Shown here piece after piece: positions 42,451 through 56,407 of a DNA stretch of 64,000 bases (position 1 is its first letter; each line of letters starts with the position of its first letter). The notes under the pieces are model-generated. The model had not been told where the DNA came from and searched no databases. It saw only the letters and a program-made list of their open reading frames with translations. The stretch spans positions 92,380,001 through 92,444,000 of the forward strand of contig OX597823.1 in the NCBI GenBank assembly GCA_951406725.2, written 5' to 3'. The translations under genes and the position numbers were made by a program. This DNA comes from Octopus vulgaris (taxonomy: Eukaryota).

Positions 42451-43714
42451 TATATACATAAGCATATATAGGCGCGTGTGCACACACACATACGCATATA
42501 CACACGCGCACATATATGTATGTAGATGCATATTTCGATGCACAGAAAAATAGGTAACTACAATGAAAGGTAGAAAGATAGACAATTACAGATATAAATG
42601 GACAATAAACATGTGTGTGTGTATATGTGTGTGCCAGTGTTCGTCTGTATGTGTGTTTGTGAACATATGCATATACGCCTAGCTTGTTGTGTACGTGTAC
42701 GCGTGTGGACATACACTGGTATGAAGTAACCAAGATGGCTAATACAAAGGTTTCGTGCAGACATTCTTATCAGGCCTGCTGTAGTATGACTGTATTGAAT
42801 GGCAGAACGAATAATAGTTGCCCGTATTGAATAACACCTGACGTCATAAGACAGTCACGTGGTCTATGAATGATGCTTCATAATATCATATCATGTAACT
42901 CGACACAATCAACGTTTATGAATATGGCGTACAAGGTTGGTGTTATTGCTTGGCTCAAGAACGCAGAAACATATAAATGCAAATTTATATTTTATAAGTC
43001 GACGCCATTGACAGATAACCTCAGATGATAATAGGCTCCCCTCTTAGAAAAAACGCAATAATATTAGCTCCAACTTTCATAGTCTCTCACACAGGCTTAT
43101 CTGCTTACTGGTCTGCACGCCATGATATTTCTTTATTTATTTTCGCGTTAGAATTCACAGTACTAAACGAAAGATGGTTGAGGCGATTGTGATTTTAATA
43201 TGGGACATAAATGTCGGCTGGAAAGTTAGTGAAGTTTTTTTTTTCTTTTATAGACATATCGATAGATAAATATATCGATAGCTAGACAAGCAGATTGATA
43301 AATAGGGACATAGATATATTCACAAACCCTGTATATTCATAGCTTGTTTATTGTGTAGTTAATCAGTTGCGACATCTTATTCATTCTCTCTTGATATACA
43401 AGTTATCAAAAATATAAAATTAGTTTTATTTTATAATTGCTCACTGTGAAAGGATAGTTAACAAATATATGAAGATATGTTAAACAATTTTGATTACGAA
43501 AACTGGTGTTATTAGCAACGATACGTACAGAAACAGACTCACAAACACACGCGCGCGCATCCACACCCACACACCCAAATACACACAGTATCGAAGCGTT
43601 TCCCATTTCTAGTGCAACAAGGGTATGTACAAAAACGCAGATTTCCCTTCCGATGTGTTTAGTCTGTCAAAAGGAATGCGTTGCAAGCCTATTAAAGACA
43701 GCAAATATTAATTT

Positions 43715-43918
43715 CAAATCCTGGTACAAAGCCAGGAATTTCGAGGCACGGATTAAGTCGATCACATCCACCCCAGTGATCAACGCGTATTTATTCTTTC
43801 AAACCCGAAAGGATGAAAAGCAAAGTGGAGCTGAATTTAGAACTCAGAACGTAAATACAAACGAAGCGCTTCTAAGCATTTCGCCCGGCTTGCTAACGAT
43901 TCTGCCAGCCCGCCGCCT
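43715..43918 (-). mobile_element. SINE family C
   Basis: cgaaaggatgaaaagcaaagt...gctaacgattctgccagcccgccgcc. Confidence 0.8.
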
Positions 43919-44139
43919 CAAAGACAGCTAATATTGATGCCATTTCTCTTAAAACGTTAACGATTGCAGAGAAAAAAATATCGTAGACATTTAGAGAATT
44001 CCAGACAAACGATGTTCCTGGAGTAAAGAATTTAGGTTTCTCGGCTTTTGTGGAGTAGAGAAACGTTGTGGATATACGGGGGATGAAAACACGAGGGACA
44101 AGGAGAGAAAATACACATGTAGAACATTACTAAATGCAC

Positions 44140-44285
44140 TTCATGTGTTCAAATGTCGCTGAGGTTGACTTTGCCTTTCATCATATCGGCATCGATAAAA
44201 TCAATATCAGCTGAGCACCGAAATCAATGGAATCAACTTAACCGAAAATTTCAGTCCTTGAGCCTATAATTAGAAAGAATTATTA
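44140..44285 (+). mobile_element. SINE family C, 5'-truncated
   Basis: gttcaaatgtcgctgaggttgactttgcctttcatc. Confidence 0.75.
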
Positions 44286-44325
44286 AAGACACTCAGCCAG
44301 TCTTGTATTTATTGTTCATTAGGTA

Positions 44326-44610
44326 AAGATGCGTGGGTAAGTGGTTACTTCTTCGGCTCACTATCTTTAGTTCTTGAGTTCAATTCCTGGCACTGCGTCG
44401 TCCTTGATCAAGACGCTTTATTTCACATTCCTTCAGCACACTCAGCTGACAAAAATGAGTAGTACCCGTATTTCAAAAATGCCAGTCTTGTCCCTGGTAA
44501 CTACGTAACGGGTACACGTCGTGTGCTCAATGCAGTACTCAGCAACGTGCACAGTAGTTTCAGGACCAGGATCAACAGGAACACGCATCGTCATAACAGA
44601 CAGAATGCCA
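44326..44610 (+). mobile_element. SINE with CORE-type head plus tail X, degenerate
   Basis: gagttcaattcc...tccttgatcaagacgctttatttcac...ctcagctgacaaaaatgagtagtacc. Confidence 0.7.
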
Positions 44611-44632
44611 GGTACTTTTAAAAATTGTTAAA

Positions 44633-44823
44633 CCATTTTAAGAAACACACAAAAACCGTTAGATTCATTTCAACATTTAAATTTAATTTGTCAAAATATT
44701 TTCGTCGCTTTGAGACCGCGACACTGACAAAACAGGTCGCGGTCTCAAAGCAACGAAAATGTTTTAGCAAATTAAATTTAAATATTGAAATGAATCTAAC
44801 AGATTTTGTGAGTTTTTAAATGG
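44633..44823. repeat. Fold-back palindrome, ~90-bp arms, 13-nt loop
   Basis: ...ttttcgtcgctttgagaccgcgac / gtcgcggtctcaaagcaacgaaaa... The arms extend to ccattt/aaatgg. Confidence 0.92.
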
Positions 44824-45852
44824 CTTACGAACACTTTCCACGCTGCACTTGTTTTCGTTCCAGCACACGATCTCAGATTAGGTCACTTGCTATGCAAGTA
44901 CATCTGCGTAATTTTAAAAAATAATTCTTCCGTATTTTGCTGTATTTTTATTCTTTCCGAAAGTAAATTCATATCATGAAATCTCGATTGTATAATCCAT
45001 TCTCTTCTCACTTTTCCCTCGATCTCACTGTTCCATCCCCACCATGTTCGCCTTGTATTTAATTCTGTTCACTTCTAATGCATATTAAGTTCGTGTTAAT
45101 ATACACACTCACATCTTTACTTGTTCTCACCCGCCAATTAGGCAACTCATATCATAGAAATTAACACATATTGCAGCGTGAGAGCATTTTACTATCTTTC
45201 ATGCTTGGCTGAATCTCTTGTACAATACTCATATACATCTGTCACATGACGAATGCTTGTCCCCTCTCAACCCATCACATTTACCGCTGCACTTCCTATG
45301 CGCCATGTCAGTTCACACATTTCATAATAGTCTGCGTGTCTACACATTGAATAAAGGCACATCCCAGATCGCACTATTGTTTCGTACACAGCATTACTAA
45401 TTTGAACTTTTGCAGTTTGCAAAGTTGTTTCAGTTTTAATTGTAGGCTTTCAAAGTAAAGAGTATTATTTAATGCTTACGTGTTTGGAATTATTGCTCTG
45501 GATATGGAAGAAATTTCACAAACAGAACAGCATTATTAGCACAAGTATTTCTATTCAAACGCAAGACATATCTAGAGACAGATGCAAAAGAACATTCATA
45601 AAGAAACCCTCTCTATATCCATATGTCAGAATGGGTATGTACATTGTCGTGTTTGTGTTTGACTCCACCACCACAATACATGGGAACCGGTGTTGTTTGC
45701 TTACGTCCTCGCCATTTAGAACTTCGGCTAAAAGAGACCGATAAAGAATAAGTGCCAAGCATCTCCAGCATGTAATGACTGAAACAAGTAAAAGGTGAAA
45801 GATATTGCTGATGAAAAGTGCAGCTGCCTTCGACGCGTATCTAAACATGTTT

Positions 45853-46149
45853 GTTCCTTCTCGGGACATGCCTGGCCCATAAGAGCCGGTTTCCAGGTTT
45901 CCTTGGCGTATAGCTTCCCCACCTGGACGGGACGCCGGTCCGTCGCAGGTGAGCTGCAAGATGCAGGAGGTAAGAGTGAGAGAAAGTTGTGGCGAAAGAG
46001 TCAGCAGAAGTTCTCCATTACCTTCTGCCAGAGCCGCGTGGAGCTTAGGTGTTTCGCACATAAACACACATATCGCAGGTCTGAGATTCGAACCCGTAAT
46101 CCCTCGACCGCGAGTCCGTTGCTCTAACCACTATGCCATGTGCCTCCAC
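45853..46149 (-). mobile_element. SINE head B plus alternative tail Y
   Basis: Head and body as at 38904, but the tail reads cctgcgacggaccggcgtcccgtccagg...cgccaaggaaacc..gaaaccggc. Confidence 0.85.
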
Positions 46150-46465
46150 ACCTAAACATATAGGCTCACACAATTGATACTTGAGGTCTTCAAAAAATGC
46201 GGAGTTTACATAAAGCGTAAATATCCATTATGTTTCCTGTGTTCTTTTATTCACGTATGCATATAAACATATTAAGTACGAATGTAATGCGCAGTAGTTT
46301 ATTAAGCCGGTCTAATGGCGGATGTCTCTGGAATTCCCACACTGCTTTATCCGACAAGTCCATGGAACACATGATTAGTATATCACACAGTTTCCCTTGT
46401 CTCAAGGGCAGGCTGCATACCTTAGAAAATCCAGACTGACAGGTCACTGGACTGGCCTAAAAAAA

Positions 46466-47155
<690 letters not shown>

Positions 47156-47264
47156 CATAATATATATATGTAACTATCATTTACACTATATCGAAATGGT
47201 TTGCAATTCCTATGTATACAGCAAACATTCAAAGAATCTGCCTCTCTGCCTGTTTATCTATCTG

Positions 47265-47317
<53 letters not shown>

Positions 47318-47353
47318 TTGTCTGTCTGTCTGTCTGTCTATCTTTCAGTTTCA

Positions 47354-47386
<33 letters not shown>

Positions 47387-47967
47387 GAAGCTAATCAGAA
47401 AAAATCTACAAAAAGAAAACGACTGTATTTGATAAAAAGAGATGCGTTATATCATATAATTTAAATTATTCTACGTGTATATATCATTTAAACTGGCGAC
47501 ATTTCGTCTCTGTTATAAATCATTAGTTCCTTTCACCTAAAAATAGTATGTCTTCATAATTGCTATTGCAATATTGGTTGCTGATCACAGAATCACACAA
47601 ATATACAATATAAATTTGGCTTTCATGTTGTTTACAGCTTCGAAACGCAATTTTTAAGTAACCATATTTTTTTTTTTTTTATATTAATGAGTAATTTACA
47701 GTTTCCTTTATAATTTAAATAAATCTAATTAATTGCGTTATTCAAATTTCAGAAATATTTGAAAGTGTTTAAAAAATAAAAAAGGAAGTAAAAAAATAAA
47801 AGCAGAAAAAAATTTGTTTGAATGTTTGCTGTATACATAGGAATGGCAAACCATTCCGATTTAGTGTAAATGACCCAGACAGTCAATAAGACATCATGAG
47901 CTAATAGTAAATTATAGTTCTGTTATACGTACATGCATACAAATATGTATACATATACATATATATC

Positions 47968-48024
<57 letters not shown>

Positions 48025-48503
48025 CCATATATACAAATATGTCCGTATATAAACATATACATAGACGTACAGATATTTAAATACGTACATACACAGAATC
48101 ATGGATGCACTCAAACATACATATATACGTACATATATGCATATGCAGGGTACGAAAGAGAGAATGATAGAGAGGGAGAGAAAGAGAGAGTTATTTGCGG
48201 ACATATTAGGTGAATTAAGAACAGAACTCTAACAAAACCAAATGTGATTTAATAGAGAAATAGTCCGCGTGTTCTCGATGCGCTTTCTTATAAGACTATT
48301 TTGTGTGTCTACTATCGTATTCGATGGTTATTTCAAAGCTGGACCGACATCGGTATCATGACTGCTCTAAGCGGTTTTTATTCATTTGTACAATAGAAAA
48401 CTTTAGTGAGGATAAGGTATATTGTATGTTGAGTAGGTTCCATTTCAACAACGCTCCAAATATAGGATTCAATAGGATTTGAATTTGGCGAGCTTAAGAA
48501 CGA

Positions 48504-48517
48504 GACAGACAGACAGG

Positions 48518-48580
<63 letters not shown>

Positions 48581-48596
48581 TTAGATAAATAAATAA

Positions 48597-48656
<60 letters not shown>

Positions 48657-48711
48657 TTACATAGACAGACAGACAGAATGACAGACAGACAGACGGACGG
48701 ACGGACGGACG

Positions 48712-48805
<94 letters not shown>

Positions 48806-48820
48806 CAGATAGGCAGATAG
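48504..48820. repeat. (GATA)n/(GACA)n/(GACG)n compound microsatellite
   Basis: Direct reading. Confidence 0.95.
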
Positions 48821-49573
48821 TTACATATATATCATGTTCTTTTCTTCTACACGCATTTCAATCATTGGGCTGTGGCTATGCCTCATCATGGATTCGAAAA
48901 AAATCACTCCCAGAGCCTTTTAGTTGAATGTTCATGAAGGTGGTCTGAAATCCATTCTTGCATTACATAAGACAATGAGTATGGAAGATCGAACGACGTG
49001 TCTTTCATTACTTACCAACTCAAAGCATCATACATCCTAAAAATTCAGTTTAAATTATTCTTGGGACATTAGAAGCATCTGCTCATAACTATGTACCTGT
49101 TCTTTTAGTGATTTTCTCATGAGAAAAAAACCCAAGGCACGCTATGTTCATAAGGGATTTTTACCTTGTTCAGTAACAACGTGGCAGTGATTAAATGCCT
49201 TTCTGGTATCTTTGCAGGCATACATTGGCCTCCCATTAAATACGTCATATATCGAATGTCCTCAGGCACCATAGTCATGACAGTCCATCCTGATATTTAA
49301 TGTTCTCTGACAATGGTTCTCATCTATGATCCGAGACCATAATCAAAGTATTGAAACCGTCGGGTAAATTATGCAGTCCTTATCTGAACATTTAGAACAG
49401 TTTGCCCTCTTTGAGAATAGTGGATACATATCAACCTAAAGCTTCTCATTCCATTACCCGAATCTTCTGAATGAAATGTTCTTGCAATTTCTAAGTTATT
49501 GTGTTCCGTACATGTGGCAAAAAGTAGTGTGTTTTCCTTTAAAATCCCAATTCCTTTACACATTACATACATA

Positions 49574-49662
<89 letters not shown>

Positions 49663-49664
<2 letters not shown>

Positions 49665-49758
49665 AGGCACGAGTGGCTCTGTGGCAAGAAACTTTCTTCC
49701 CACCTGGTTCCAGGTTCAGACCCACTGCGTGGTACGTTGCGCGAGTGTCTTCTACCAT
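49663..49758 (+). mobile_element. SINE family A 5' fragment
   Basis: gtggctctgtggcaag...ggttcagacccactgcgtgg...gtgtcttctac. Confidence 0.7.
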
Positions 49759-50249
49759 TTACAGTTTTAGTATCTTGGTCGGTGTTGATGCTGGCGCAAT
49801 TGAGAAGTTTGTAGTAATGGCTTTCTTCTGACTTAAATTTCTGTATTCTTCCTTCTTTTCCTTCTTCTCCTCTTTGCTTTCCCCAATTTAAGATAATCAA
49901 GGAGCTTTACCTATGCTTGTATTTTTAGTTATTTCATAAGTTCTGCGATAATCTTATGCAGACATGTTATCGGATTTAGGAATATAAATTCAACTGATTT
50001 TGTTGTGGCTGTGGCTTAAAATAAATAACCCTAACATACTCCGCTCGTAACATCTTGTGAACACTGACATGGTGTGATTAGAATTTCAATAATCGCTTAT
50101 ATACGTGTACGATGCACCGTAGCCTTACGAAGTAAGTTTGTAGGTCAGGTCATACATAAATAAATTATGGTATTTAATCTGTTGGATTTAAGCAATGCTT
50201 AGAATACTGTGATGAAGAAAGTAATGAATAAATTTGAAGAAAATATTGG

Positions 50250-50600
50250 TTTCAACTTTCTATTCAAAGCTAGCGATATCGATGGTATGTGTAAAGTCGA
50301 TGGCATCGACAGCAGAGCTGGAGTAAAATTTATTTTATCGATCTCCAAACGATGAAAAGCAATTCTAAACTCGATGGAATTTGACTTCGGAACTTAAGCA
50401 CGGACGAAATGCAGTTAAGCATTTTACTCGGTGTGCTAACCATTCTCTCAGTTCCCACTGCATTTTTGGGGCAGGAGTAAGTCGACCCTACTGCTCAACT
50501 GTTACTATTTTATCGACCTCAAATTGATGAAAGGCAAAGTCGACCTTGGAAGTATCCGAATTCTGTAAGCAAAGAAAGACGAAACGCAGCTAAGCATTTA
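50250..50600 (-). mobile_element. Two tandem degenerate SINE family C copies
   Basis: ttttatcgatctc..gatgaaaagc and ttttatcgacctc..gatgaaaggcaaagtcgacc, each followed by gacgaaa.gcag.taagcattt. Confidence 0.65.
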
Positions 50601-50927
50601 GCTACGGATTTTTCGTGATCAAAGTGTTAAAATGCATCTCGATGTAGTGTAATGAAGTAGATTTTGTTGTATATGTGTAGGATCATTATGCTAATAAACT
50701 CTCACACTGGTTCTCTTTCACTTCTATATTATTTGTGTGACAATTGGTTAATCATTTAAATAGTAATATAATATATCTCTTATTCAAACAGTTATGTGTG
50801 TCAAAACCCGTTCGGCGCCATTTGTGACATCTTCAATGGTATGACGGCCTACCATTTTCAGCATGACTTCTTTCTGATGCCCGTGAAACACGGTGGTTGC
50901 TTGTCCATATTGTAATTTTATTTTAAA

Positions 50928-51323
50928 CTAGTAGTATCGCCCGGCGTTGCTCGGGTTTGTAAGGGAAATAACTATATAAGCATTTTAGAGATGTAAAGTA
51001 TAATAGCCATCTCAATATGGCTAACCACAAAGGCGGGGTGTTACTGTAGCTTTTTACGTTCTGAGATTTAATAAAACATTTTTAGAGAGTTACTTCCCTT
51101 ATATATGCCAAAAATGCATTAAAAAATGGAAAAAATTGAATGTAATTTTTTTTTTAAATCGTAGACTCATCGTAGACGCGCGCTAATACCCAGAAGGGCT
51201 CGATATGAATCATGACTATAAGATACCCGGTTTTGGTTAAACTGCACCGCAAAATGTTGGAGTAGTTAGGAATCTAAATCGTAGGAGACAGACAGCACAC
51301 AACCTCTCTTTTATATATAAAGA
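50928..51323 (-). mobile_element. Non-autonomous Helitron with intact termini
   Basis: Minus strand starts A|TC(tttatatata) and ends in a GC-rich hairpin (plus cccggcgttgctcggg, 50940-50955) followed by CTAG|T. A/T insertion site, no TSD. Confidence 0.88.
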
Positions 51324-51653
51324 TATGGAGAGCGAATGTATTGAAATAAGGATAACTCAGAAACAATATTGTTCCTTCTGCCACGAATGAGAAAATATAT
51401 AAGGAATATTTAAATAGATATAAAAATTCTTTCATAAGAGAGAGACATGACAAGAAGAAAATAGTGAATGGAACGCAAAGTTTCAAAGAAAAGATTATAA
51501 GCTGCACAAAATCACAAACATACACAAACACAGACACACACACGCATACACATGCACATACACACGCACACACGGACGCACATACACATACAAATACGGA
51601 TCATATAAATACATGTTTATATATGTGTATATAATACGTGCATACTTATATAT

Positions 51654-51973
51654 GAAGGCGCGTGGCTTAGTGGTTAGGGCATTCGGCTCACGATTGTAAG
51701 GTCGTGAGTTCGATTCCCGGCGACCCGTTGAGTTCTTGAGCAAGACACTTTATTTCACATTGCTCCAGTCCACTCATCTGGCAAAAATGAGTTCTACCTG
51801 TATTTCAAAGGCCAGCCTTGTCACACTCTGTGTCACGCTGAATCTTCATGAGAACTACATTAAAGGTACACGTGCCTGTGGAATGATCAGCCACTCACAC
51901 GATAATTTTACGAGCTGGCTGTTCCGTTGATCATATCAGCTGGGACCTTTGTCGACGTAACCGACGTAGTGCT
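51654..51973 (+). mobile_element. tRNA-derived SINE, CORE-type head plus tail X, intact Pol III boxes
   Basis: A box tggcttagtggt, B box gagttcgattcc, core ttgagcaagacacttt...aaaaatgag, tail X. Confidence 0.9.
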
Positions 51974-52370
51974 CCTTTTTGTTACATATATATACAACAT
52001 ATATATATCGGGCAACTGCTTCAAAACCTCTAGATTCTATATATAAATTACAAATTTACATCAGTACCACTGGAGCACTTGGCTTTGTGATTAAATGACT
52101 AACTGATAAACAAGATAAGCTGGGGGTTTTCAAAACAAGTGTCCCAAACAACTTGTATATTACAAATACAATTTTTTAACGGAACAGTAAGAGTTTAAAA
52201 TGTCAAATTTAAAATGTTACAGTGTTTTTATTATCTACATTCCGACGATCGATGGGGCATTGTATCATTGTTAGAAACCAGCTCCCTCTACAGGGCATGA
52301 ACTTAGATAATTAAAAACAGAAAAGAACATAAATACATATTATATATGTATGTATGTATATATATATATA

Positions 52371-52482
52371 TCACGTGATCACGTGACTGACCAGACCATC
52401 AGATGTTGTTACATATAGCTGGTCACAATGCGTTCGCATTGTTTTAGCCTTCGAATGACGCCACCCCGCTGGCTAAGCGAGC
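52371..52482 (-). mobile_element. GC-richer interspersed-repeat fragment between (TA)n tracts, probably another SINE tail
   Basis: tcacgtgatcacgtgac...gacgccaccccgctggctaagcgagc. Single copy here, so the assignment is from recall. Confidence 0.4.
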
Positions 52483-52487
52483 TGGGC

Positions 52488-52541
<54 letters not shown>

Positions 52542-52602
52542 TGTGTGTGTGTGTGTGTGTGAGATTTATTCGCGTGTATGTATAATTATGTACATGTTGT
52601 GA

Positions 52603-52661
<59 letters not shown>

Positions 52662-53770
52662 AACACACACTCACAACACGTACTTATTTATGTGTGCAGG
52701 CGTATCGTCGGAGCATCTGTGCGTGTATCATTTGTGTTTTTGTGTGCGAATGCATATTTATTACGTGTGTGTCGGCGAAAATAAATCTCAGGCCACGTGA
52801 GTTGTTCATATCTATGGCTTTATATTGGTGTTTATTCAAATGAAGAAATGACATTATGTCTTTGAGAATCTGTATAAAAGATTAAGAACAAACGCACAAA
52901 GATGGCGTAGCCTCTTCGAAAGAGAGCATATACTTCTCACAATACTATTAATCTATTTTACATTCTGCTTCAGTGGTATATTATACAAGTGAAAGAAAAA
53001 AACTGCATCAAACATTATCTTAATATCATGCACAATGGATTGTTGTTGCTTCGGCTGGTAGCCTTATATTTTCGATTATATAATACAGATAACATACACA
53101 AAATAGTGGACATAGCTACTCTACGTTTATCAAGATATTTGATTCGTTCTTATATATTCTACTAGACACAACGTGAGACCGTGTTTTCCTTGTGTTTTTA
53201 ATACAATCTTTTATATGGAGATTCTATATCAACACACATGCACGCACATACACACATACACACACACGCACACAGACAGATACTCATATATTATAACACG
53301 TTTAATTTTCTTTTCATACAGCAATTACCAAATATTATTTATAAAAGTTACTACTTCTACTATTAATATATATTATTAAGGCTGCCATCTGGAAGAATGG
53401 TTACCATGCCGGACAATATGCTTAGCCGGACAGGGAAAACAACAATAAGACGGACAGGACAGAACAAGGATGTGTGATACGTGGTCTTCTCTCTTCAGTC
53501 AAGTATCCAGATAATCTTAACAGTTTCGGCTGGTTACACTTGAGACTGTCCAAATCTGGCTGGCCCCAAAAAATCCAAGCTAAAAGCATTAGATATTTCG
53601 GGAGAAAGTAAGCGAATGTGTACGACAACAAAGACAAAGAAACAAAAAAAGCGAAAAATAAAACTGGAGAAAATATAAACTCAGTTACTAGTACAAACAA
53701 CAAGAAAATAACAAGTGTCTTTCGACTAATATTGACGAATCCATTTCCGCTGGACATCCATTTCCGCAGA

Positions 53771-53950
53771 GACATCACAAAACTGCTACTCAGAGTTTCA
53801 CGTTCATGTTTGTCGGTAAAACTGTCCGACCAATAGGAACGTGAAACTCTGAGTAACAGTCTTTGTGATGTCTTTACAGCTTTATTAATAAAGCATATTA
53901 CTCTTCCTCCGGAACTTCCAGTACTATTTTTCCAACATTTATGCGCTCAC
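53771..53950. mobile_element. Family H2 HHR-bearing element, inverted partial pair
   Basis: Arms 53771-53805 and 53837-53872 are complementary. Plus copy actgt-CCGACCA..aacgt-GAAACTC-t-GAGTA-acagt, then AATAAA and a tail shared with 56403-56525. Confidence 0.75.
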
Positions 53951-54340
53951 TATGATATAAATATATGTATGTATATATATATATATAAATATATATCATT
54001 TCGTATTTATTGATTTTAAATTTTTCACTGTCATTTGAATTAAATTGGAAAATATAGTTTACGGCGGTGTTTTATGGTTTTTATCTTGTAGCTAAATTCT
54101 ATATCTTTTGTTTATCGGTTTCGAAATTGGAATCAATTTTACATCATTTCGGACATATGAGTTAGGATTATAAGTGAGGAAAAGTACTGTATATGAGAAC
54201 CAAATTCACACACACACACATATATATATATATACGTATATGTTCATATAATATCATTTATACAGGTGTATTTGTGTGTATGTAAATATATATGTTTATA
54301 TATGTCTATATATAAATATGTATTCACACACGCAAACGCA

Positions 54341-54379
<39 letters not shown>

Positions 54380-54499
54380 GTGTATATAGACATATCTAAA
54401 TATAGACATATATGCATATGTATGCATGCATACATACATATATATATATTGTATATATAATATCTATATACATATATGTACGTATATATAAATATATGC

Positions 54500-54547
<48 letters not shown>

Positions 54548-54639
54548 TAAAAAGTGAAAAGACTACAGAAGGCTTGTTTTAAAAGGTTAAAAAATATATA
54601 TTTGAGTCATTATGTCAGAAGAATGTTATGATTTTTTTT

Positions 54640-55523
54640 TCATACAGTGACATAGTTTTTGAAGAAATTACCGGTTTCGTGTTTAACTTTTCAAATTTCT
54701 CAAAACATTGTTATGATTTTGTTCGTTAAGAAGTGTAAAGAGTAGAGTTCCAGGTAAGGGGAGGTAATAAGTGATTTCTTCCGGTGTAAGGGAGATAATC
54801 GCTTAATATTTCTTGCCTTTTTTTATTGGGTGAGTTTCTCTGTATAAGAACGTTAGAATGGTTAAGTTTGGGCTTATATTTTTCAATGAAGAATGTTTCC
54901 TTTTTTAGTCTAACTTGTGTTGGTGTTCCGATAGCACATTGATAAAATGGAAAGATTAAAAATTGTGGTAGTAGTTGCTTTGCGCATTTCTCAATGTGCT
55001 CACTAAAGGGTATCATTCTGTATTCTGGGAATGCAATCTGTTGTCGATGCAGTGTGCATCTACGTCTGAGTGATAGTCCCGTGGACACCACGTAGTTTTG
55101 GTAGCAGCCCGAGCATCTTATGACATAAATTATGTTTTCAGAGGCACAAGTAAAATTACTTTTGATCTTGAATTTTTGTCCCTCTTTGAAGAGGAATTCT
55201 GATCCTTCTAGAAGGTTTGAGCATGTTGCACAGTTCGATCTGCCACATTTTTTTTACTTTTGCATCCGTAATTTCAGAAAGCAATTTTGCCTTTGTGAGA
55301 ATCTTTTTAAGTGATATAGGTTGTTTGTAGCTTTTAATGATTTTATGTATGTTTAGAATTTCCTTTAATTTGGGGTCCCTATGAAGTATTGGTAAATTCT
55401 GGGTGATGATGGTGAAGGCTTCTTTGTTTCTGGAGTTGTATGTGGATATGTAAGGCAGTATTTTCGGGGAAGGTGTGTTGTTGTGTTGAACTTTTCTTAA
55501 AGTTTCTATGCAGATTTCATTTG
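54640..55523 (-). mobile_element. Penelope-like retroelement 3' part (thumb, Zn knuckle, GIY-YIG endonuclease, HHR-like 3' end)
   Basis: LPYISTYNSRN..NLPILHRDPKLK..KSYKQP.SLKKILTKAK, a frameshift in an A-run near 55250, then CGRSNCATC..NFTCASENIIYVIRCSGCYQNYVVSTG.LRRR..H..EH..RLKKETFFIEKYKPKLN. Degenerate HHR at 54664-54699 (GAAACCGGTA). Confidence 0.9.
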
Positions 55524-55588
55524 TTTCATTTGATGGTTTCATTTGATGTAGTTAATTTATATACCAGTATACCTCATAATTATGGACT

Positions 55589-56338
55589 TAAGACTAGTGT
55601 TAAATTCGGTGGAGGAAGTGTCATGGTTTGGGGGTTGATATCTGGAGATTGTGTGGGCCCTTTGGTGCGATTACATGGAAAGGTAAATGCAGGAGTTTAT
55701 AAACAACTTGTAAAAGATCATGTCTTGCCTGTGGTGAGAAATTCAACTAAGCGACCGCCCATATTCATGCAGGACAATGCCCCATGTCACAAGGCTAAGG
55801 TGGTCATGAACTTCCTCAAGGCTGAAAAGGTTATTGTTATGGACTTGCCAGCTCAAAGCCCAGATCTCAATCCAATTAAAAATGTATGGAATATTCTAGG
55901 AGAACGTTCGAAAGCCAGAAATCCTAAAACAACTGAGCAATTATGGAATGCCCTTCAGGAAGAATGGAATAAGATCACCCAGCAAGAAAATGAAGATTTA
56001 ATTTCCTCATGCAGTCGAAGATGTCAGAGTGTGATTGAAGCTAAAAGGCTTCACACTAAATATTAAATAATTCCAGTATTCTCTGTCATTTTTGATTATC
56101 TTGTTATTTTTTCAGCCGTTCTGATCATTTTGGCCGCCATGGGTTTTGCAGTAAATCACTAAATCATCCATAACGTTTGTATTATCCTCTTAAATTACAC
56201 CAAAATCTCGGACACTATCAATTATTACTGTATTTATTGTGTGTGAAAATTATAGAATATAAAACTACTTTGATAAAAACTTATACTTACTTTTCTGACG
56301 AAAACAATGCCGTTCTGAACATTTTGGCCGCAACAGTA
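55589..56338 (+). mobile_element. Tc1-family transposon 3' half (DD34E domain with E to K) and IR/DR-type right end
   Basis: VKFGGGSVMVWG..FMQDNAPCH..(34 aa)..SPDLNPIKNVW..RRCQSVIEAK..TKY, stop at 56066. 23-bp direct repeats at 56115-56137 and 56309-56331. Ends at TA. Confidence 0.92.
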
Positions 56339-56366
56339 TATATGTGTGTCTGTATGTCTGTGTGTT

Positions 56367-56402
<36 letters not shown>

Positions 56403-56407
<5 letters not shown>

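Noticed and set aside
51654-51730. tRNA-like sequence with A and B boxes (also 38906, 46800)
   Set aside because: It continues directly into the SINE core and tail and has no proper acceptor stem or terminator. It is a SINE head, not a tRNA gene.
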